Below the pieces are notes generated by a model. The model made no database searches, was not told the DNA's origin, and saw nothing but the letters and a program-made list of their open reading frames with translations. The position numbers and the translations under genes were made by a program. Shown here piece after piece: positions 33,354 through 38,275 of a DNA stretch of 38,275 nucleotides (its first letter is position 1; each line of letters begins with the position of its first letter). Location of the stretch: IMG/VR virus record IMGVR_UViG_3300022719_000349, positions 1-38,275 of that record. One strand, 5' to 3'. The DNA comes from a virus. Its lineage: Duplodnaviria > Caudoviricetes.

Positions 33354-34766
33354 ATGTCCGATAGTAACACGGCTCGCCAAGTGGTTGTGCGGCGCGCGTC
33401 GAAGGCCCTTTTCCCCGGTCCCGCCAGTGATTCCGACCTCTCTTGGGCCGATTATATCGCCAAGGGCGTCCAACCCGAGGCCGCGCGCTCGAACCGCAAA
33501 AGCAACCGCGGGCGCGTCCAGCATCCGACGGATTGGACGGCGCTGAAGCGGTTTCGCGACTGCGACCCGTACCACAGCGCCTGCATCGAGGCCAAGATCA
33601 ACTCGACGGTCGGGCTGGGGTTCGAGGACACGACGGTCGAGGACACGTTGGATGTCCTCTGCGAGCGCTCGTGGCAGGATGTGCTCTCGGCGGCGACCGA
33701 GGACTACTGGATCGTCGGCAACTTCTTCATCGAAGTCGTCCGCGAGGGCGGCAGGATCGTTGGCCTGCATCACCTGCCTGCCGAGTGCGTGTGGACCTAC
33801 GTAGAGAACGACGACCTCGATTTCCACTACGTGGTCAAGCCCGAGCGAGGGCCGGACAAGCACTTCGCCGCCTTCGGCGACCTCGATCAGTTCATCGAGC
33901 GCTGGGGCGCCCAGCTCCAAGGGCGTGACATCGCCCGGGATTCCATCTCCGAGATCATCCACATCCGCAGGCCGTCTGCGTTGTCGCGCTGGTACGGTAC
34001 CCCCGACTGGCTGGCGGCGGTGGCGCAGATCGAGCTGGCGCACAGCATCACGCAGTACAACTACGACTTCTTCTTGAACTCCGGCGTACCGGAGTTCGTG
34101 CTGATGATCTCGGGGGCGCCCCTCGGCGACGACTGGGAGAAGGTCATCAAGCCTGCGCTGGAGGACATGACCGGGGTGGGCAACCATCACAAGACGCTCG
34201 CGCTCAATGTCCCGGGCAGAGAGGTCAACCTCCAGGTCGAGAAGCTCGGCGAGCAGATGGCCGAGGGCTGGTTCGAGAGCATGCTCGATACGATCTCGGC
34301 GCGCATCGTGTCCGCGCACCGGGTGCCTCCGCTCGTGGCCGGAATCCAGACGCCGGGCAAGCTCGGGGCGAACAACGAGTTCGTCAACGCCATGTGGATG
34401 TTCCAGTCGTTGGTCATCGCCCCGGCGCAGCAGGTGCTCGAAAAGGCACTCGGCAAGACGCTGGGATCGAGCGACGGCGTGGACGGCCTGGGCAGCGAGT
34501 CCTTCGAGTTCAAGGAGGTCACGTCCGAGGTGCCCGTGGCGCAGTTCGAGGCCCCGGGATCGGTGGACGAGCCTGCCAAGACGCGCGGTGACCGGGAAGA
34601 CGTGCCCGGCACGAGCCTGTCCGGCAAGGAAGGGCGGTCGCGACAAAACGCCATCGAGAAGATCGAGAAGATGATCGAAGACGGCGATGTCGAGCGCGAT
34701 GTCGCCGAACAGATTGTTCGGCGGATGTTCGATTCGGTCGTCGCGAAGCTGTCCGAGGGCGCCTGA
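33354..34766 (+). CDS. Portal protein (PBSX/P2 Q-like)
   Basis: YHSACIEAK, GNFFIEVVR, EIIHIR...WYGTPDW, FFLNSGVPEF and IVSAHRVPP; GGAGG RBS. Confidence 0.9.
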   Translation: MSDSNTARQVVVRRASKALFPGPASDSDLSWADYIAKGVQPEAARSNRKSNRGRVQHPTDWTALKRFRDCDPYHSACIEAKINSTVGLGFEDTTVEDTLDVLCERSWQDVLSAATEDYWIVGNFFIEVVREGGRIVGLHHLPAECVWTYVENDDLDFHYVVKPERGPDKHFAAFGDLDQFIERWGAQLQGRDIARDSISEIIHIRRPSALSRWYGTPDWLAAVAQIELAHSITQYNYDFFLNSGVPEFVLMISGAPLGDDWEKVIKPALEDMTGVGNHHKTLALNVPGREVNLQVEKLGEQMAEGWFESMLDTISARIVSAHRVPPLVAGIQTPGKLGANNEFVNAMWMFQSLVIAPAQQVLEKALGKTLGSSDGVDGLGSESFEFKEVTSEVPVAQFEAPGSVDEPAKTRGDREDVPGTSLSGKEGRSRQNAIEKIEKMIEDGDVERDVAEQIVRRMFDSVVAKLSEGA

Positions 34767-35293
34767 TGGTCAGGCTGACCGACGCCGAGTTCGCGCGGCG
34801 TGTCACGCGCAATCTTGCACGGGAGGCGTTCCGGCGCGTGCGCGCCGCGGTGCAGAGCGAGACGCTGCGCGCCGCGCTGCGCGTACAGCAAGGCAGGCGC
34901 GGAGGGCAGATGTGGCTGGGGGTTCCGCACTACTGGGCGGTCTTCTACCACGACGGCAGGCGGGGCTTCGGGCCGAGGAGATCGCGCGTGCTCGTCTGGT
35001 TCAAGAACCCCAACGACGATCCGCGGGCACCGAACCGGCAATACCCGGTGCGGCGCTCGCAGATCAAGCGACTCACCCGCGAGCAGTTCTACAGCGCTCT
35101 GCGCGAAGGCAAGCTGATCGTGGCACGAAGGACCGGCCCCGCCCGCGCGCAGCCGTTCTTCCGCATCGGCCTGAGGGCCTTCTTCCAAAACGGCGGCTCA
35201 GGTATTGCGCAGCGGACCTTCCGCCGCACGGTGCGCGAGCTGGTTCCGGAGGCGTTCCAGCGTGCTACAATCCACCAAACCGTCCGCCTTTAA
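34766..35293 (+). CDS. Basic neck / tail-completion-like protein
   Basis: YWAVFYHDG...GPARAQPFF pattern resembles HK97 gp10-like proteins; TGATG-coupled to the portal. Confidence 0.55.
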   Translation: MVRLTDAEFARRVTRNLAREAFRRVRAAVQSETLRAALRVQQGRRGGQMWLGVPHYWAVFYHDGRRGFGPRRSRVLVWFKNPNDDPRAPNRQYPVRRSQIKRLTREQFYSALREGKLIVARRTGPARAQPFFRIGLRAFFQNGGSGIAQRTFRRTVRELVPEAFQRATIHQTVRL

Positions 35294-35302
35294 GGAGAAC
35301 CC

Positions 35303-35959
35303 ATGAGTCTCGCCAAGTCCGACTACCTCGAAGAAGAGGTAATGAAACACGTCTTCCGCACCGGATCGTTCACGAAGCCCTCTGCGCTTTGGGTGGGCCT
35401 CCTGAGCGCCCTGCCGTCCGACGACGCAGGCACAGGGCTCTCGTTGGTCTCGGGCGTCTCGGCCGTCCAGCGCGACCCGCTCGACGCCAACTGGTCGGAC
35501 CCGTCCGCGGGCACGCAGGGCGAGGTGGACAACGTTGCCGATCTCGATTTCGGTTCCCATTCCGGCGCCGACGAACGCTACATCGGCGTGGTGATCGCCG
35601 ACGCCGACCCGGCGGGCGCGCACAACAAGCTCTATATGGGCCCGCTCGCCAACAACTGGCGCGGCGCGGTGGTCAAGGCGTCCACCGACACGCTCACCGC
35701 CCCGGGGCACGGGCTCTCCAACGGCAACCGCGTGTTCCTCCGCGGGTCGGCCATCCCGGCCGGGCTCGACGAGACGGTCGAGTACTTCGTTGTCGGCGTC
35801 TCCGGCGACGACTTCCAGCTCTCGCTCACGCAGGGCGGCGCGGCCGTGAACGTGACCGCGGACGGCGCTGTCGATGTCGGCGACAGCCAGGCGCAGGACG
35901 TGAGCGACGGCAACCCCGTCAAGATCCTCGCGGGCAGTCTCGACATCTCCGAGGACTAG
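35303..35959 (+). CDS. Virion structural protein, fibre/appendage-like, with an inserted beta domain
   Basis: SDYLEEEVMKHVF...LWVGL and C-terminal VKILAGSLDISED frame a TDTLTAPGHGLSNG...PAGL...YFVV...FQLSLT module; TAAGGAG RBS. Confidence 0.65.
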   Translation: MSLAKSDYLEEEVMKHVFRTGSFTKPSALWVGLLSALPSDDAGTGLSLVSGVSAVQRDPLDANWSDPSAGTQGEVDNVADLDFGSHSGADERYIGVVIADADPAGAHNKLYMGPLANNWRGAVVKASTDTLTAPGHGLSNGNRVFLRGSAIPAGLDETVEYFVVGVSGDDFQLSLTQGGAAVNVTADGAVDVGDSQAQDVSDGNPVKILAGSLDISED

Positions 35960-35962
35960 GCA

Positions 35963-36454
35963 GTGGCCTCGATTCTCGTCAGGCTCGATCCCGGAGAACA
36001 GCAGGGACGCGTCGTGGATGTTCGGTGGGACAGTTTCGACTGGAACATCGAAGCCATGAACAAAGACCCTCGTTCTCCGGCCCAGTTCGGCGTGGTCATC
36101 CTCGACACGGGGGCTGCGGACACCGTCGAGGACATCAAACGCGCACGTCGGGTGTTTCAGGAGAGACTGCCGATCCGCGAGGAAGAAACGCGGGACAAGC
36201 GGGGTGCGTTCCGGTTGACTGTGACTCGACCGGTCCGCGATCTCTTCTCCGCTCGCGACGGCGTCCTCCGAGTGCCGCAAGACGTCGGGCGCAAGCAGCT
36301 CTTCCAGTCGTTCCGGCATCGCGACAGCCGCAAAGACCTTGTGCGTCACGTCATGGACGAGGAGCAGCAGCGCGGCGTGGCGCTGGACGAAGACACCGTG
36401 GTCGAGCGTCTCTTCGAAGAGGATCGGAGCAAGCCGAAGGGGAAGGGCCGGTAA
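35963..36454 (+). CDS. Hypothetical protein
   Basis: 163 aa, GAGGA RBS, TAATG-coupled to the next gene. Confidence 0.65.
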   Translation: MASILVRLDPGEQQGRVVDVRWDSFDWNIEAMNKDPRSPAQFGVVILDTGAADTVEDIKRARRVFQERLPIREEETRDKRGAFRLTVTRPVRDLFSARDGVLRVPQDVGRKQLFQSFRHRDSRKDLVRHVMDEEQQRGVALDEDTVVERLFEEDRSKPKGKGR

Positions 36455-37491
36455 TGCCGACGATCAACACCTACGACGTTGGCCATGGCAAGACCTACGC
36501 GACTATCGCGGCGGCCGAGAGCGCGACCGCGTCCATCGACCACGTCACCGATGACGAGATTAGCCTGGTCCGCATCTATCGCGAGGGTGCATCGGATTTC
36601 GTTTGGGCTGAGTCCCCGACGTTCCTGATCGACGACCAGGATTTCGTTGACGCGACACGCTACCGGCAGGTCGTAGCGGCTGAGTCAGGCCTCACGTTCA
36701 CCGGCGTCTGGACAATCGGTGACCGGGACCAGTACTTCGAGAAGTTCCTTCGGATCGGCACCGATCAAGAGATTGACGGAGCGCTCTACTACGCGCTGGA
36801 GTTCACCGGCGCCGGGAAGATCCGCCTCCCTGACCAGTTCCGCAACCTCGAAGGCAATCACTTCTGCGGGCTGATCGGAAATGGCGTGGAAAACGGGCTG
36901 ATCGACTGCTTCTCGCAGGGCGGTGTCAAAGTCGGTGATGACCTTGTTATCCGGTCCAATGTCATCTTCGACTTTGGGCTGAACGGCGAGGACGCGATCT
37001 TTTTCGAGGAGCGCACCTTCGGCGGAACCTGCGAGATCGCGTTCAACACGGTCTACAACTACGTTGGCGGCAACTCCTTCCGGGGCGGGTTCCTCTTTGA
37101 AGGAGGAGGGACAATCGCCATCGTCCGAGGCAACGTAGCCATCGACGCAAATGGCGGTGCTGCACAGACGGCCGACATGATCTTTGATCCGACGATCACG
37201 ACGGCCGAGTACAATGTCTCCTCGGACACGAGCGCGCCGACCGGGAACGAGACTCACAACGAAGACGACACGATCTTCGAGGACGCCGCCAACGACGACC
37301 TGACGCCCGCGGACGCCGACACGCTGCACAACCAGGTCAGCAACGGCATCCCCGCGTTTGACATGTTCAATCGCCGGTCGCGTCCACAGGGCGCGACGGC
37401 GGATATCGGCGGGATCGAGCGCGAGGCCGCAGGCGGGGGCGCAACCCCCGCATTCCCCTTCCTCATCTACTACCAGCAGGGGCTCGTCTGA
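36454..37491 (+). CDS. Right-handed parallel beta-helix protein (spike/fibre-like)
   Basis: Repeats IRSNVIFD, IAFNTVYN, VRGNVAID, YNVSSD; ends FEDAANDDL...RPQGATADIGGIE. Confidence 0.7.
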   Translation: MPTINTYDVGHGKTYATIAAAESATASIDHVTDDEISLVRIYREGASDFVWAESPTFLIDDQDFVDATRYRQVVAAESGLTFTGVWTIGDRDQYFEKFLRIGTDQEIDGALYYALEFTGAGKIRLPDQFRNLEGNHFCGLIGNGVENGLIDCFSQGGVKVGDDLVIRSNVIFDFGLNGEDAIFFEERTFGGTCEIAFNTVYNYVGGNSFRGGFLFEGGGTIAIVRGNVAIDANGGAAQTADMIFDPTITTAEYNVSSDTSAPTGNETHNEDDTIFEDAANDDLTPADADTLHNQVSNGIPAFDMFNRRSRPQGATADIGGIEREAAGGGATPAFPFLIYYQQGLV

Positions 37492-38275
37492 TGCTGTTCA
37501 AAAACACCGCCTCACAAAAGATCCGCGTCTTCGCCTTCGCCGACGCAGGGCACGCTACGCTCGATCCGGGCGAGCCCGTCACCGGCGACGCCGCCAACAT
37601 CAGCGCCCAAACCGCGCTCGACAATGCCGCGCTCGGCGCATCCAACGACGCCGCCCCGACCGAGGTGGACGCCACCAACGCCCCGGGCTACTACGAGTTC
37701 GACCCCACACAGGCCGAGACCAACGGCGACGTGATCGAGTGGTACGCCAAGTCCTCCACCGCCGGGGTGCAGGTCGTCACTGTCGGCGGAGCATCGCAGA
37801 TGCTGGTCCCGCCCAACTTCCCCGACCTCGGCATCGCGGCAGCCGGCGACCTGGTCAAGGTCAACACGCTGGACGGCCACACGGCCCAGACCGGCGACAA
37901 CTTCGCCCGCCTCGGCGCCCCCGCGGGCGCGTCCATCGCCGCAGACATCGCCGACAAGGTCAGCATCGTCGCATCGGGCACCGCGCAGGCCGGGGACACC
38001 AGCACGATCACGCTCGCGTCCGGAGAGTCCTCCACCGATGACATCTTCCTCGGGTCGCGCATCCTCCTCACCGGGGGCACGGGCGCGGGACAAGTGAGGC
38101 AGATCCAAGACTACAACGGCACATCGAAGGTGCTGACCGTGGATCGTCCTTGGGTAACCACCCCCGACGCCACAACGACCTACGAGATTCAGGGCGCGGT
38201 CTCGCCCCTGTCTGACGGGAGCGGGTTCGGGCAGCTCAACTACTCGGGCGGAATCGTCAACTCCAATCTGGAGAA
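37491..38275 (+). CDS. Virion structural / fibre-like protein, truncated by the window end
   Basis: My own translation: MLFKNTASQKIRVFAFAD...GDAANISA...APGYYEFDPTQAETNGD...SGTAQAG...TITLAS...GTGAGQVRQIQDYNGTSKVLTVDRPW. TGATG-coupled; I saw no stop. Absent from the ORF track, consistent with running off the end. Confidence 0.75.
   Translation, partial: MLFKNTASQKIRVFAFADAGHATLDPGEPVTGDAANISAQTALDNAALGASNDAAPTEVDATNAPGYYEFDPTQAETNGDVIEWYAKSSTAGVQVVTVGGASQMLVPPNFPDLGIAAAGDLVKVNTLDGHTAQTGDNFARLGAPAGASIAADIADKVSIVASGTAQAGDTSTITLASGESSTDDIFLGSRILLTGGTGAGQVRQIQDYNGTSKVLTVDRPWVTTPDATTTYEIQGAVSPLSDGSGFGQLNYSGGIVNSNLE

Noticed and set aside
34687-36453. N-terminal ~590 codons of the 934-aa ORF 34687-37491
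   Set aside because: Arg-rich off-frame read over three better genes; the real protein most likely starts at ATG 36454 (TAATG coupling).

Overview
A GC-rich tailed dsDNA phage or prophage segment, probably a siphovirus: it has a tail tube, chaperones and a 1170-aa tape measure, and no sheath is seen. Left to right: (1) a compact FimB/FimE-like tyrosine recombinase; (2) a leftward early operon (7199 to 699) with an XRE HTH regulator, small hypotheticals, an RNA-ligase-family protein, a replication initiator with internal iteron-like repeats, a possible helicase loader, an ERF single-strand annealing protein and a RuvC-like resolvase; (3) back-to-back sigma70-like promoters at about 7210-7278; (4) a rightward operon with a pentapeptide-repeat protein, many small genes joined by short direct repeats, an ATP-dependent DNA ligase, a C5 DNA methyltransferase apparently split over two overlapping frames, a second RNA-ligase paralog, a PnuC-like membrane protein, terminase subunits and a Zn-finger protein; (5) a tRNA(CAU) gene; (6) a minus-strand head-to-tail block (33292 to 16717); (7) a divergent plus-strand portal, neck and fibre-like block that runs off the window end. 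The most striking non-coding signal is a pair of homologous modules at 4175-4327 and 4547-4704. In each, a promoter drives a long RNA hairpin whose loop is antisense to the Shine-Dalgarno region of the next gene; one of those genes is the replication initiator. No lysis genes, CRISPR array or att site could be identified. All protein calls come from motif recognition by eye and gene context, not database searches.
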